From the NCBI GenBank assembly GCA_964651155.1, contig CAZYXB010000004.1:46386-110385 (forward strand): 64,000 nucleotides of DNA, given 5' to 3'. Shown here one piece after another: positions 30,283-41,327 of the stretch. A program made the position numbers and the translations under genes. The DNA comes from an uncultured Acidobacteriota bacterium (lineage in GTDB: Bacteria; Acidobacteriota; UBA6911). Each line of letters begins with the position of its first letter. Position 1 is the stretch's first letter. The notes under the pieces are model-generated. The model was not told the DNA's origin. It searched no databases and was given only the letters and a program-made list of their open reading frames with translations.

Positions 30283-30380
30283 AGGAACAACCGCATGACC
30301 GCGCCCATACCCCCATGCGCACGGGACGCCCTGTTCCGGACGGCACCCGTGGCATCGCATCAGACGGAGGGTGCCCGCCC

Positions 30381-31295
30381 ATGAGCCATGACCATGCACG
30401 GTACCCGGAGGCCGGGAAAGGAAAGAAGAGGCTCGTGCAGGCCATCCTGATCACGGGGGCCTGGTTCGTCATCGAGCTCGCCGGGGGCATCTACGCCAAC
30501 AGCCTGGCCCTCTTGGCCGATGCCGCTCACATGCTGACCGATCTCTGTGCCCTCGGGCTGAGCCTTTTCGCCCTGCACATCTCCGGCCGCCCCGCCACCC
30601 ATGAAAAAACCTACGGGTATCACAGGGCGGAGATACTGGCGGCGCTCGCCAACGGCATCTTCCTGGTCCTGATCGGTCTGTATATCTTCTACGAGGCCTG
30701 GCATCGATTCCAGGATCCCCCCGAAGTCAAGAGCATCCCGATGCTCACGGTGGCCGTCACGGGTCTGGCGGCCAACCTGGCGACTGCAGCCCTTCTGTTC
30801 GGCAGCCGCAAGGAGAGCCTGAACCTGCGCGGAGCCTTCCTGCACGTGTCGGCCGACACATTGGGGTCGATGGGCGCCATCATAGCCGGCATCCTGATAT
30901 GGACGCGCGGGTGGAATCTGGCCGACCCGGTTGTGAGCGTCGTCGTCGGGGCCCTGGTGCTCTACAGTTCGTGGAAGCTGGTGAGCGAAAGCGTCGATGT
31001 CCTGCTCGAGGCGACCCCGGGGCATCTCGATATCGACAGGATTCTGCAGGACATGGGCCGGGTGCGCGGCGTCGTATCCGTGCACGATCTGCACGTCTGG
31101 TCGATTTCTACCCGGACGCAGGCCATGAGCTGCCATGCCGTCATGAAAAAGGGGGAGGATGCCGGCATCATACTGCAGGAATTAAGCCGCTTGATGCGCG
31201 AAAAATATGGCATCGAACACACGACGATCCAGATGGAGCCGGAAGGCTGGAGGCTCCACGGCGGGGACACGCTCGTGCACCTGTCGGATCCCTAG
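30381..31295 (+). CDS. Cation diffusion facilitator (CzcD/ZitB-like) metal efflux transporter
   Basis: TM2/TM5 metal-site motifs HMLTDL and HVSADTLGS. C-terminal cytoplasmic domain. ATG at 30381 (MSHDH). Confidence 0.85.
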   Translation: MSHDHARYPEAGKGKKRLVQAILITGAWFVIELAGGIYANSLALLADAAHMLTDLCALGLSLFALHISGRPATHEKTYGYHRAEILAALANGIFLVLIGLYIFYEAWHRFQDPPEVKSIPMLTVAVTGLAANLATAALLFGSRKESLNLRGAFLHVSADTLGSMGAIIAGILIWTRGWNLADPVVSVVVGALVLYSSWKLVSESVDVLLEATPGHLDIDRILQDMGRVRGVVSVHDLHVWSISTRTQAMSCHAVMKKGEDAGIILQELSRLMREKYGIEHTTIQMEPEGWRLHGGDTLVHLSDP

Positions 31296-31322
31296 GGGGG
31301 GCGCGCGGGCGCCCGGGAGCGC

Positions 31323-31853
31323 CTAGGTCGACGGCGGCATCGGCGGCAGAGTGTCCTGCGGATCCCGGGCCTGCTCGCCGGCTTTCCTCTTTTCAAACAG
31401 CGCGACGCCGAGCGCGCCCCCCAGCGGGGCCAGAACGCAGTTGACCACAAGCTGCCCGATCAGCGACGCTGTGTACAGGATGGCAATGAAACCGTCGCGG
31501 GATGCGAGCTCGGTGAATTCCTTGCGGTTTTCCGGCGTGAACCCGGGCCACCGGTCCATCTGCCCCAGCAGTCGTTCCACCAGTTCCATGCCTCCTTCAG
31601 GGGACATAAGAAGCATCGGGATCTGGAACAGCGCATAGACGATGGTTCCGATGATGCCCGCGAACAGACCCAGCAACACACCCCGTCCAAGGGTCACGAT
31701 GACGGCCGATTCCTTTATGTACAGATAGGCCGCCAGCAGGCCGCCCCCGATCATCCAGATACAGCAGGCGCAGTTGATGACGGGAAGGGAGGAGAGCACC
31801 CCCAGCAGGATTCCGCCTATGGCCGCGGGCTTCAACATGTTCTGATTGTTCAT
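31323..31853 (-). CDS. Small multi-TM membrane protein (DUF-type)
   Basis: MNNQNMLKPAAIGGILLGVLSSLPVINCACCIWMIGG... The upstream part of ORF 31323..32387 overlaps the next gene in another frame, so the start is set at the ATG at 31853. Confidence 0.5.
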   Translation of the reverse strand: MNNQNMLKPAAIGGILLGVLSSLPVINCACCIWMIGGGLLAAYLYIKESAVIVTLGRGVLLGLFAGIIGTIVYALFQIPMLLMSPEGGMELVERLLGQMDRWPGFTPENRKEFTELASRDGFIAILYTASLIGQLVVNCVLAPLGGALGVALFEKRKAGEQARDPQDTLPPMPPST

Positions 31854-32347
31854 CGAATCGCTCCTTTGCAGATGCATTGCTGGCGGGAAGTCCTGCAGGC
31901 AAGCTCCTGGATCCCCTGTACGAAAATTGTTGCCAGCATAGTGCCAAAAAGAAATCCCGTCAAGAATCGACCGGCGACGGAATTGCTGCCGAAACCGATC
32001 AGGGGAAGCGCCGCGTCGACCGCCAGCGGCACCGTGGCCGCCGCAACCCATGTGCGGCGCATCCCGGGGGATCGGAAAGAAATGGGTATCAGGGATCCGG
32101 CGACAAGCCCCAGGTAGATGCCGCAACAGCGGTGGCAGACGGCAAACGGAAATCCAGCGATGGCGAAGGAGCGTTCCGGCATCTGGTGGCAGACTTTTGA
32201 AAAAAGGAGGTATACGAACGACGCCGGGGCGTACTGCGCGTGCCATGCCAGAATGGGCGCGCTTATGCTGAGAAGGCATACCAATATCCAGAAAGCGGCC
32301 ACAAAAAATCGCATCGGCGGATAGGTCCTGTCTGTTGATTGCATCAT
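31850..32347 (-). CDS. DUF2085-like membrane protein
   Basis: MRFFVAAFWILVCLLS...SKVCHQMPERSFAIAGFPFAVCHRCCGIYLG fits the DUF2085 pattern. The start could be 32347 or 32314. Confidence 0.5.
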   Translation of the reverse strand: MMQSTDRTYPPMRFFVAAFWILVCLLSISAPILAWHAQYAPASFVYLLFSKVCHQMPERSFAIAGFPFAVCHRCCGIYLGLVAGSLIPISFRSPGMRRTWVAAATVPLAVDAALPLIGFGSNSVAGRFLTGFLFGTMLATIFVQGIQELACRTSRQQCICKGAIR

Positions 32348-32642
32348 GGGATTCCGAGCGATACGATAATCCATCGCCCGGGAACATGCAACAGGACGAT
32401 TAGGCGCTTCGAATCCCCGGGAAACACGGCGCACCGTGGCGGGCAAGGGCGCGGCCGCAGGCCGGAGATGCGGATGTGCGCCGACACAGGTCCGCACCAG
32501 CCCGGCAGGATAGGGCGGCATGGAATGTCCCGGCGCGGGACCCGAGGTTCTGAGTAAATTACGTGGAGCCGGCATAGCTACAATATATTGATTAATCATA
32601 TACATATGGCTCCGTATCTTGTGTAGGATATTGAGAAATATC

Positions 32643-32672
32643 TTGACATGGAATTAGGATTCCCTTATACCG
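32643..32672 (+). promoter_or_regulatory. TTGACA -35 element with the 14-mer GGAATTAGGATTCC (inverted repeat GGAAT/ATTCC) occupying the spacer. Candidate operator/promoter
   Basis: TTGACA at 32644-49, 14-mer at 32650-63, TATACC about 16-17 nt downstream of the -35. The same 14-mer recurs at 36269-36282. Confidence 0.3.
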
Positions 32673-33049
32673 GGTGGGGGAAACCGGGCCGGGCTTCCAT
32701 CGGGTCCCGATGGCGGGGTGGGAGGGGGCATCTATTCCTGACGCAGGCCCCGCCCGAAACCGACAGGGATACGGAATGCCGCCGCGTTCTTGAACTGCCA
32801 GGTCCCCCTTGGTACCCTGAGTCCTTGCGGCCGGCGTCATGGATGGGATTGCGGGGAATGCAGCCTGCCCCGGCAACGGGCCGCAGGCTTCGGGATTTGC
32901 GGCTCCCAGGCGAAGTCTCACCCGGGAATTCAGGCCAATGCCCTCTTGTGCGGCCGAACGCAGGGGCCGGATCGAAGCCGGGAGCCTGACGACGGCGGGA
33001 ACGGGGAGTTCAGATGCAGGGGGCGGCGTCGAAACAACGTAGGCAGTCC

Positions 33050-33910
33050 ATGGCCGAGCAAACCGATAATCGAGGGCTTTCCTCTATGCGCCCCGTCAGG
33101 GTCGGATCCTTGCGTTTGGGCACCGGCCGGCGTCCGTTTTTCATCGCCGGTCCGTGCGTCATCGAGAGCGAACGTCATTGCCTGAAGATGGCCGAACATC
33201 TGGCCGGTTACGCAAAACGCCTGAAGATCGATCTGATTTTCAAGGCATCGTACGATAAGGCGAACCGTACATCGGGTGCGTCCTTCCGCGGCCCGGGAAT
33301 GGAACAGGGGCTGCGCATCCTCGAGAAGGTGCGCGATGCCACGGGTCTTCCGGTTCTGAGCGATGTGCATGAAAGCACCCAGGTGGCTGCCGCCGCGGAC
33401 GTTCTCGATTGTATCCAAATCCCCGCCTTTCTATGCCGCCAGACCGATCTCATCCTCGCGGCCGCCAATACCGGCCGCTGCGTCAATCTGAAAAAAGGGC
33501 AGTTCCTTTCCCCGTGGGAAATGGAAAAGGTCCTTGAAAAAGCCCGAAGCACGGGCAACCGCAATATCCTCGTGACCGAGCGGGGCACCTCCTTCGGATA
33601 CAACAACCTGGTGGTCGATTTCCGGTCTTTCGTCATCATGCGTTCTTTCAGGCAGCCTGTTGTGTTCGACGTCACGCACAGCGTTCAAGCCCCCGGAGGG
33701 CTCGGAAACAGCTCGGGGGGGGATTCGGCATACGTCCCCATTCTGGCCCGGGCAGGTGCGGCCGCCGGCGTGGACGGCTTCTTCTTTGAAGTGCACGACA
33801 ATCCGGGCAAAGCCCTTTCCGACGGGCCGAATGCCCTCGAGCTGAAGATGTTTCCGCACCTGGTCCGGGATATCCTGCGCATACGTAAGGCGCTCGGGAG
33901 GGCGTCGTGA
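33050..33910 (+). CDS. kdsA: 2-dehydro-3-deoxyphosphooctonate aldolase (KDO-8-P synthase)
   Basis: FFIAGPCVIESERHCLKMAEHLA...KASYDKANRTSGASFRGPG. Confidence 0.85.
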   Translation: MAEQTDNRGLSSMRPVRVGSLRLGTGRRPFFIAGPCVIESERHCLKMAEHLAGYAKRLKIDLIFKASYDKANRTSGASFRGPGMEQGLRILEKVRDATGLPVLSDVHESTQVAAAADVLDCIQIPAFLCRQTDLILAAANTGRCVNLKKGQFLSPWEMEKVLEKARSTGNRNILVTERGTSFGYNNLVVDFRSFVIMRSFRQPVVFDVTHSVQAPGGLGNSSGGDSAYVPILARAGAAAGVDGFFFEVHDNPGKALSDGPNALELKMFPHLVRDILRIRKALGRAS

Positions 33911-34884
33911 CCGATTCCGCCCTGCACCCGTCCCTGGCAGCCGCACTCCGTGTACTGGATTCGGAGGCGACCGCGATTCGCAACCTTATGGAGCGCGTGA
34001 ACGCGCTGTTTCTGCAAGCCGTGGATCTGGCCGAAGGGTGCAGAGGGAAAATTGCTGTCACGGGGCTCGGGAAGTCCGGCATCATATGCAAAAAAATAGC
34101 CGCGACCCTGAGCAGTACCGGATCCCCTGCTTTTTTTCTCCACGCGGCCGACGCCCTTCACGGAGACTGCGGGCTGCTCGGGAGCGAGGACATCCTTCTG
34201 GCAGTTTCCAAAAGCGGGGAAACCTACGAGATCCTCCAGGTATTGCATGTCTCCAAGCGTCTGGGCCTGCCCGTTATAGCCCTGGTGGGCGACAGGGACT
34301 CCAGCCTGGCGCGATTTGCCGATGTCTGTCTCGACGTAAGCGTCGGAGAGGAACCATGCCCGCTGGGGATGGCGCCAACGGCCAGCACGGCGGCGGCTCT
34401 TGCCATGGGGGATGCGCTCGCGATTGCGCTGATGGAGCGGAAGGGCTTCGGGAAGGAGGACTTCGCATCGCTGCATCCTGCGGGCAGTATTGGCAAGAAG
34501 CTGCTCCGGATCGGGGAATTGATGCACAAGGGGGATGCGATCCCCAGGGTTCTGTTCTCGGCCAGGATGCCGGAAGTGATTTGCGAGATGTCGAGCAAGA
34601 CCCTGGGAATGACGACCGTCGTGGACGCAAAAGGGGACCTTGTCGGCGTCATATCCGACGGAGACCTCAGGCGCCTGCTCGAACAGGAGCCGGATCCCCT
34701 GAAACTGTCGGCCGACCGGGTGATGAACCGGAATCCGAAAACGATCCACGAGAGGGAACTGGCTGGCGCCGCGCTGGCGAAGATGGAATCCATGAAGATC
34801 ACGAGTCTCGTGGTGGTCGATTCGGACAGGAAGGTCTCAGGCGTCGTGCATATCCATGACCTGTGGCGAACGGAGCTTTTTTGA
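33907..34884 (+). CDS. kdsD: Arabinose-5-phosphate isomerase (SIS domain plus tandem CBS)
   Basis: SIS motif VTGLGKSGIICKKIAATLSSTGSPAFF. C-terminal CBS pair. ATGA overlap with kdsA. Confidence 0.85.
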   Translation: MTDSALHPSLAAALRVLDSEATAIRNLMERVNALFLQAVDLAEGCRGKIAVTGLGKSGIICKKIAATLSSTGSPAFFLHAADALHGDCGLLGSEDILLAVSKSGETYEILQVLHVSKRLGLPVIALVGDRDSSLARFADVCLDVSVGEEPCPLGMAPTASTAAALAMGDALAIALMERKGFGKEDFASLHPAGSIGKKLLRIGELMHKGDAIPRVLFSARMPEVICEMSSKTLGMTTVVDAKGDLVGVISDGDLRRLLEQEPDPLKLSADRVMNRNPKTIHERELAGAALAKMESMKITSLVVVDSDRKVSGVVHIHDLWRTELF

Positions 34885-34948
34885 AAGGAATTTTCCGGTT
34901 TCAATTCTTTTGCAAGAAACTACCGGGAACGCTATTGTAACCATAGGA

Positions 34949-34976
34949 TAAGCAGGAATAATTCAGCGGTAAGATA
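34949..34976 (+). other. tRNA-like fragment (resembles the 5' acceptor/D-arm part of the downstream tRNA-Gly)
   Basis: caggaataattcagcggtaagat vs tRNA cgggagtaattcagcggtagaat (about 19/23 identical). Preceded by gataagcag, similar to gataaagcag upstream of the intact tRNA. Confidence 0.3.
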
Positions 34977-35468
34977 TTTGATATATTGTCATGACACGTG
35001 GAATCCGGGTCGTCAGTGTTTTTCGCTCACGAAGGAGATATTTCAGCAAGAAAGCAGTCTCGGGCCTCCTTGCGGGCATCAGGCTTTCCTCCTATCTTGG
35101 TTGAGATAAACCTTATCAGCGGTTGTCCAGCGTCGCTTGTTCTCTTTCTAAATGATTCCGGTAGGATCTTGGGCCGTCATTCCGGTCCCATCTTGGCCAC
35201 CTGTTCCGTTTCACCTCCAAACAGTGGCCAACTTCCACCGGAATTCGAAGGCAACGCTTGATGCGATCAGCAACAGGGTGAGGGGGCAGCAATTGCACTT
35301 GAAAAAAACCGCGACAAAAAGTAAAGTACTTGCCATGCAACAATATACTGAATCGCAATCGAAGGCTGTAAAACAAAACGCGAGGGGAAATTCATATTCT
35401 TGTTGTACCTTTGTTGCGCCTGAAAACAGCGAAAACGATAAGGTTTAGATAATAAAGCAGTTGTATGA

Positions 35469-35543
<75 letters not shown>

Positions 35544-35787
35544 GTCAAACCCATTGAATCACTACCACTAACAGGAAAGCCCAGAACACCCCCGGCGGTC
35601 CCCGTTTTGGCGTTTTCGGCCCTGTTGCAGCTGTGTTGCAGATTTTCCCCTGCAATAGCTGGTAGGGAGTTTATCCAGTCGTGCCCTTTTTGCGGCTGTT
35701 GATGTCCGTACTGTGTAACTGTGAGCTCAATACTGCTGTGCCCGAGCCATTCTGCAATGAAAGCAATCGGCGTTCCGTTGTTCAGGT

Positions 35788-35813
35788 GGGTTCGATCCCC
35801 GTCTCCCGCTCCA
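35788..35813 (+). repeat. Direct repeat: exact 26-nt copy of the tRNA-Gly 3' end (att-like)
   Basis: gggttcgatccccgtctcccgctcca is identical to tRNA positions 50-75, about 245 bp downstream of the tRNA. Confidence 0.7.
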
Positions 35814-36091
35814 TGAAATTAATCCCCTATAGACACGTTCCACGGGAGGATCCTATGCGCCATCAGCCCGCCCGCTGCAATTAAGAATATCCTCGATGGC
35901 CCCAGATTGCCTTCCAGGCCCCCTCCAATTTTCCCTACAGTACTGGATCGTAGTGTCAACGCAAAAGGGAACCCCCCCAAATTAGAATAAGGGTCTCCAA
36001 TCAATCTAGGTATAAAAGTCTGGGTCTTCATCGGAATTTGTGGGTGAAATGAACCATAAAAAGGCTGGCCTGATGGAAATGCCGCCTCTGC

Positions 36092-36118
36092 GGAAATCCC
36101 TAAAAAGCGCGGATTTCC
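36092..36118 (+). repeat. Inverted repeat GGAAATCC-N11-GGATTTCC
   Basis: Seen directly in an intergenic, island-like region. Half-sites are related to the GGAAT/ATTCC 14-mer. Confidence 0.4.
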
Positions 36119-36268
36119 ACAAGCTGCCCGGGGAAGTCCGGCCGAAAAGCGCCCATATTTCTCCAAATGACCAAAGGCCCTATCATGATTCCATCTCTTG
36201 AATTCTGAACCGCGGGACTATTGGCCCTTCAAGCAATGCCAAGGCTCGCTGCGTTAGTTGTTTGCGGA

Positions 36269-36282
36269 GGAATTAGGATTCC
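36269..36282 (+). repeat. Second copy of the 14-mer GGAATTAGGATTCC
   Basis: Identical to 32650-32663. Expected by chance fewer than 0.001 times in 64 kb. Confidence 0.4.
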
Positions 36283-36731
36283 AATCGCACACAGATTCTT
36301 CCGAGGATGTCTTGTTTCATTCAAGACTCCCTACATACACCACCCGGAGAGGGGCGAATTCCTGCAACGTAACGTCCCGACGGCCGTTCGTCAACCGGTG
36401 GAGGCGCGGGGAACCCAACGCAGCGGCGTGGCGTTTTTGGGGATCTGCCACTAATTGCACGGATTTATAAGGCGACGCACTCACGTAGAGTTCCGGAGGC
36501 ACAACGCCGTCGTTGGAAGTTACGCCGATCCGGAGTGCCAGAGGCACAATTCCGTGAAAAGTCAATCAGGGTACCACCGACGTCGAGTGCCGGAGGCACG
36601 GTGCAGCTTAGCCCGGGGCGGCGGAGCCCCGGGGGTGGAATAGGAAAAGAGACGAATCCTGAAAGGACGATGCAAATGCACCGCACCGGAGGCGCTTGTT
36701 TTACCGACGATCAAATACCGACTGCCAACCA

Positions 36732-38507
36732 CTACGCTTCCAGATTCATCTTGCGCAACAGTTCCCCGAAGCGTGGATCCGCGCGGAGCGGATCGAGGAA
36801 GCGGTAGGACTTGATCGGCATCATGATCTGATCGCATTCCTCCACGGCCCGGTTCATCCACTTGAAGGCGTCGTCTATTTCACCCAGACTGATGTAAGTC
36901 CAGGCAAAGCTGCAGGGAGAGACATACTTCTCCTTCGCAGTCTTATGGAGCCGGCGGAGCACGTTGCGTGCATCCGGAACACGGCCGCTGGATGAAAGCA
37001 TCAACGCCAGCCAGCCCAGCATCACGGAAGGGCTGCTTAAAAGCTCGACGGCCCTGGTCTGGGCGGCAAGCGCTTCTTCGAACCTTTTCTGGTAGTTGCA
37101 GCCAACGGCAATGGAGAAATAGGCGAGACCGTAATTCGGATCCAGGTCGAGTATTTTCCGGCCTTCCCCGATGGCCCGCTCAAAATCGTGCATCAGCAAC
37201 AGCATGATGCTGAGCCAGAACCGAATCAGCAGCGAGTGCGGATCCAGTTTGAGGGCCTGCTCGAGTTCCTCCGCGGCGTCGCGCACCCGGCCGTGGGGCA
37301 TCAGTCCGCTCACCGCATTGCGCATCCTGACCAGCGGCGATTCCGGGTCCAGCCGCAGGGCGATGTCCATCTCACGCCTGACCTCGCTCCAGTTGTACTC
37401 GGAAATCTTGTGGAACTGCCCGAGCAGGGCGTGCGTTTCCGCACGCATATTGTCGATCTCGATCGCCCTCAGCGCGTAAACCATCCCGGCGGTAAAGGCC
37501 TGTCGCGGAGGCAGGAAGCCCAGGTAGCCCAGGTACCAATACACCTCCGCAAGCGCGTCGTGCGCATGCGCGAATTCCGGATCGCGCGCAACCGCCTTTT
37601 CCAGGTGCTGCCTTGCCGCGTTGAGTATCTCGACTCCGCCGATCCTGTCGAGGAGATTCCGGCCCTGAACATATTCGCCGTAGGAGACAAGGTCTTCCGT
37701 CGGCTTCCTGCCGTTGCGGACGGTGCCCGACGCCCCGGCGCGGACCGTATCGGCGACACGGGGGATATGGGTGGCAACGGCTTCCGCAATGGCACCGTGT
37801 ATTGTGAATATGTCGCGGAGAGGCGCATCATACTTACTGGCGAACAACTGCGTCTGATCGCCCGCCTGGATGAGCTGTACGTTGATCGCAACCCGGGCGC
37901 CGTCATGGCGCAGAGCTCCTTCGACGACATAGTCCACTCCCAATTCGCGGCCGATCCGGGCCACGTCCTTGCGGCTTCCTTTATAGAGCATGGCGGTAGT
38001 GCGGGCGATGACGGCAAGGCGCGCAGGCGCCAGGCTGGCCAGGGAGGTAATGACCTCGTCGGTCAAACCGTCGCTGACGCAATCCTGCGCCGGATCGCCG
38101 CTCAGGTTGACAAAGGGAAGCACGACCGTTCTCACCCGGGCTTCAGTCGGCTGGGCCGGGACCGGAGGGATTTCATAGATGCTTCCGATGAACCGGTAGC
38201 CCCGCCTGGGCAGGCACTCGACAAAGCGCGGGCGCTTCGCCGAATCTCCGAGCGCGGCGCGCAGTCTCGCCACAGCGGTGTTTAATAGATTGTCGAAGTC
38301 GACAAAGACATCCTCCGGCCAGAGCTGCGCGCGGAGCTCTTCCCGGGTCACCAGCTCTCCGGGACGCTTGAGCAGCGATGCCAGTACGGCAAACGACTGC
38401 GCCCGAAGCCGTATCTTCATACCGCGCCTGAAGAGGATGCCCGTCTGCAGGTCCGCCTCATACCTATCGAAGCGAACATATCTTTGCCGCGAAGAAAGCT
38501 CCGCCAT
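36732..38507 (-). CDS. CadC/OmpR-type winged-helix transcriptional regulator fused to a TolB-like N-domain and C-terminal TPR repeats
   Basis: N-terminal trans_reg_C-like wHTH RFDRYEADLQTGILFRRGMKIRLRAQSFAVLASLLKRPGELVTREEL. Long C-terminal TPR-like helical region. Confidence 0.7.
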   Translation of the reverse strand: MAELSSRQRYVRFDRYEADLQTGILFRRGMKIRLRAQSFAVLASLLKRPGELVTREELRAQLWPEDVFVDFDNLLNTAVARLRAALGDSAKRPRFVECLPRRGYRFIGSIYEIPPVPAQPTEARVRTVVLPFVNLSGDPAQDCVSDGLTDEVITSLASLAPARLAVIARTTAMLYKGSRKDVARIGRELGVDYVVEGALRHDGARVAINVQLIQAGDQTQLFASKYDAPLRDIFTIHGAIAEAVATHIPRVADTVRAGASGTVRNGRKPTEDLVSYGEYVQGRNLLDRIGGVEILNAARQHLEKAVARDPEFAHAHDALAEVYWYLGYLGFLPPRQAFTAGMVYALRAIEIDNMRAETHALLGQFHKISEYNWSEVRREMDIALRLDPESPLVRMRNAVSGLMPHGRVRDAAEELEQALKLDPHSLLIRFWLSIMLLLMHDFERAIGEGRKILDLDPNYGLAYFSIAVGCNYQKRFEEALAAQTRAVELLSSPSVMLGWLALMLSSSGRVPDARNVLRRLHKTAKEKYVSPCSFAWTYISLGEIDDAFKWMNRAVEECDQIMMPIKSYRFLDPLRADPRFGELLRKMNLEA

Positions 38508-38870
38508 TTGCGAGAACCAGAGTTGTGCGCATACCGCCGCGATACAGGACTATGATATCAGAGCAAATTTATTACCAGCTTATCCTTCAATGGTTTGCGT
38601 GGCAAGAAGAAATCAATGCACAGTAATGCCGTCGTCTATTCATCGGCGCCATACCGATGTGATATCTAAATTGCGTAGCCGGTGGCGCCCCCTCAGTAGA
38701 ATCTACCGATCGGCCATGAATCGCACCGCGTCCCGCTGGACTCCCGCAGAACCGATCGGGGAAGCGATTTCCTTCCGCCTGCCCAGGTAAACGCCGGTGA
38801 CGCGGATCCTTGCGAAGCGGCGAACGCGCAAGGACACGACTGTTTCGTCAAACACGAATAGGAGGACATC

Positions 38871-39983
38871 ATGCTTTTCAGCGGAAAGAAAGTCATTGTT
38901 GCCGCAGTCGCGGTTACACTCGTGCTGGCGGTCTCAGCCTTTGCGCAGAAACGCCTCATGGATCCGAGGCTGCGCGGCGAAGGTCCGCTCAAGGTGATGA
39001 CGTACAATATGTATGCCGGTACCGAGTATGCCGGAGTCACCGCCAGCGATCCGGCCGTTTTCCTGCAGGCAGTTACGGACATGTTCGCGGAGGCCGAAGC
39101 CAACGACCCGGCGGGCCGCGCGCTCGCGATCGCACGCCAGATTTCGATCACGCGGCCGCACCTTGTGAGCCTGCAGGAAGTGGCCACATGGAGCAGGGGG
39201 CCGACGAGGGACGACCTCACATTGGAGTACGATTATTTGGAACTGCTGCTCGACGCGCTGGATGCGCTGGGCGAGGATTACATGCCGGTGGCTTCGCTCA
39301 CTACCTGGGATACCATTGTACCCAGTTCGACGGGCCTGTATGTCCGCAACACTTGGCGCGAGGCCATCCTGGCACGCGCCGACCTGGATCCCAGGCATTT
39401 TTCATTCACGAATATCCAGGCAGCCCCGTGGTCGGCCGGCGCCACCATCAGCTTTCCGCTACCGGCCCTGAACGGATCTTCGGACTGTCCGGTGCCGCTA
39501 GAGGCTTCCGGCGCCTGCATGATGCCTTTCCCGCGCGGCTGGGTTTCAGTGGATGTGACGTACCGGAATAAGCAGTTCCGCTTCATCGACGCGCACCTGG
39601 AGAGCAAGAGCGCCTCGAAGAACTTCCTCGAGAGCCTCGAATTGCTGAACGGTCCGGCCCTTACCGCGCTGCCCGTCATCGTCGCGGGGGATCTGAACTG
39701 CGATCTCGGCAATCCCGAAAGCTCGAAATACCAAACATGCATGAATTTCCTGAACACCGGGTTCCGTGATGCATGGAACGAAGCCAACCCGGCAGAGCCG
39801 GGCTATACCAAGCACCTTCCGATAATGACGGAGCGGAGTGATTACGTCATGATCCGGGATCCGATCTTCTCCCAGGCTGCATTCCTGGTCGGGGAGGAGC
39901 CGGAAGATAGGACGCCGTCGGGCCTATGGCCCGGCGACCACTGTGGTGTCGTTGCGCGGTTGCAGTTTTCATTTGAGGATTAG
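38871..39983 (+). CDS. Secreted endonuclease/exonuclease/phosphatase (EEP) family protein
   Basis: Signal peptide KKVIVAAVAVTLVLAVSAFA. EEP motifs VMTYNMY...LQEV...GDLNCDL. Confidence 0.7.
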   Translation: MLFSGKKVIVAAVAVTLVLAVSAFAQKRLMDPRLRGEGPLKVMTYNMYAGTEYAGVTASDPAVFLQAVTDMFAEAEANDPAGRALAIARQISITRPHLVSLQEVATWSRGPTRDDLTLEYDYLELLLDALDALGEDYMPVASLTTWDTIVPSSTGLYVRNTWREAILARADLDPRHFSFTNIQAAPWSAGATISFPLPALNGSSDCPVPLEASGACMMPFPRGWVSVDVTYRNKQFRFIDAHLESKSASKNFLESLELLNGPALTALPVIVAGDLNCDLGNPESSKYQTCMNFLNTGFRDAWNEANPAEPGYTKHLPIMTERSDYVMIRDPIFSQAAFLVGEEPEDRTPSGLWPGDHCGVVARLQFSFED

Positions 39984-40731
39984 GCCAGGAGCTTTCAGGT
40001 ATCAGCTGAAAATTGTGGACACCCATGGTTCGGGGATCCGGCCGGCATCGGTGCCGTGCCTTCGCGGTGCTTTGGATCCGACGCGAATTGCTCGAATTGA
40101 TTAAACTGTGCGCGGCGAATGGCCCAACTTTTTCGGCAACCCGCAGATGGTCAAAGCCCTCTTGGGCCGTCTCAGGCACTTCTGCCATACCGTTACGATA
40201 GAAGGCCGCGATTTCAGAGAACGGCAGGGATAAACGATTCAATATGGGAGTGTCTCAACCGAACTTGAAAGAAATATATTAGAATGGATGTCCACTGGGG
40301 AACCAACTCGGTAACGGTCATGGATTCCGCCGGGAAGGTGGTGATGGATTCTGTATACGAAGCAAAAGCAGCGACCATTCGTGGTGCTGAACGCCGATCC
40401 CAGAGAGTTGGTTTGAGGAACCGATTGCGGTAATTCTGCACGCTCGGATCTGCGAGGAGGGCGGTCATTGCAGGGTATTGTGTTCCTATTCGGGCACGCA
40501 GCTGGAAACGGCCGATACAAACAAGGCGACACCGTAAGACCTCTTGTGGCCTCCCCTGCGCAGCGGGACACTATGGTCGAGAAGTTTGTTCCGGAATGTA
40601 CGGAAACGGGAAGCCCGAGGTGCCCAATCTGCCGCCTAAGTCGGAATTTTTGACTGGAGACAGGAAGGGGTATTTAGGCGCACCGTTGGCCATTCATTCA
40701 ATAAAGATAATGCTAGATATAGTGCGCATAT

Positions 40732-41327
40732 ATGGCACTTTTAGTAGCATTATGCCTGAAGAGACCGAAAAATCCAGAGAAGGCTTTGAAGCTTCGGGGG
40801 GCGCGGCTTGATCTCGCTCAGGCACCGGCCATTGGACTTGTCGTCTGTGGTGGATCGGCGCTTGTCGCTCCAGGATTGACACAGCGGACGACCAGAGATG
40901 TCGATGTCCTTGCGCTGATGAATCCGGGCGGTGACTTGATCTGTCCTGACCCTTTGCCCGGCACCTGCTTGATACGGCGAAAGAAGTAGCACGCGACCTT
41001 TATCTCCATGAGAATTAGTTAAACAACGGTCCAAGCCGCGATACCGGCGGAATATTCCAGTCGGGCTTACCGGAAATCATTGCGAGGCGGCTGCAGTCGC
41101 GCTCCTATGGGGATCGACTTGCCGTCCATTTCATCGGGCGATTGGATCAGATTCACCTGGAGCTGTACGCAGCTGTGGACAGAGGTGAGGGAACTCACCT
41201 CGATGATCTTCTAGCCCTGAAGCCTGACGATGTTGAATTGGAGGCAGCCGCTCGTTGGGCGATGACGCATGATGTTTCGCCCGGTTTCCGGATGATTCTC
41301 AAAGATAGGTTGAGGCAATTTGGATAG
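40732..41327 (+). pseudogene. Fragmented AbiEii/AbiGii-like nucleotidyltransferase (two ORFs in different frames)
   Basis: LVVCGGSALVAPGLTQRTTRDVDVL matches the GG(S/T)AL...R.T.D.D signature of AbiEii-type toxins. The frame changes between 40989 and 41142. Confidence 0.3.

Noticed and set aside
34885-35468. 580-nt AT-rich intergenic region between kdsD and tRNA-Gly as a possible structured ncRNA (6S, tmRNA, RNase P)
   Set aside because: No recognisable conserved boxes or long-range pairing spotted by eye. More likely a promoter or island-junction region. Only the short tRNA-like fragment was retained as a feature.
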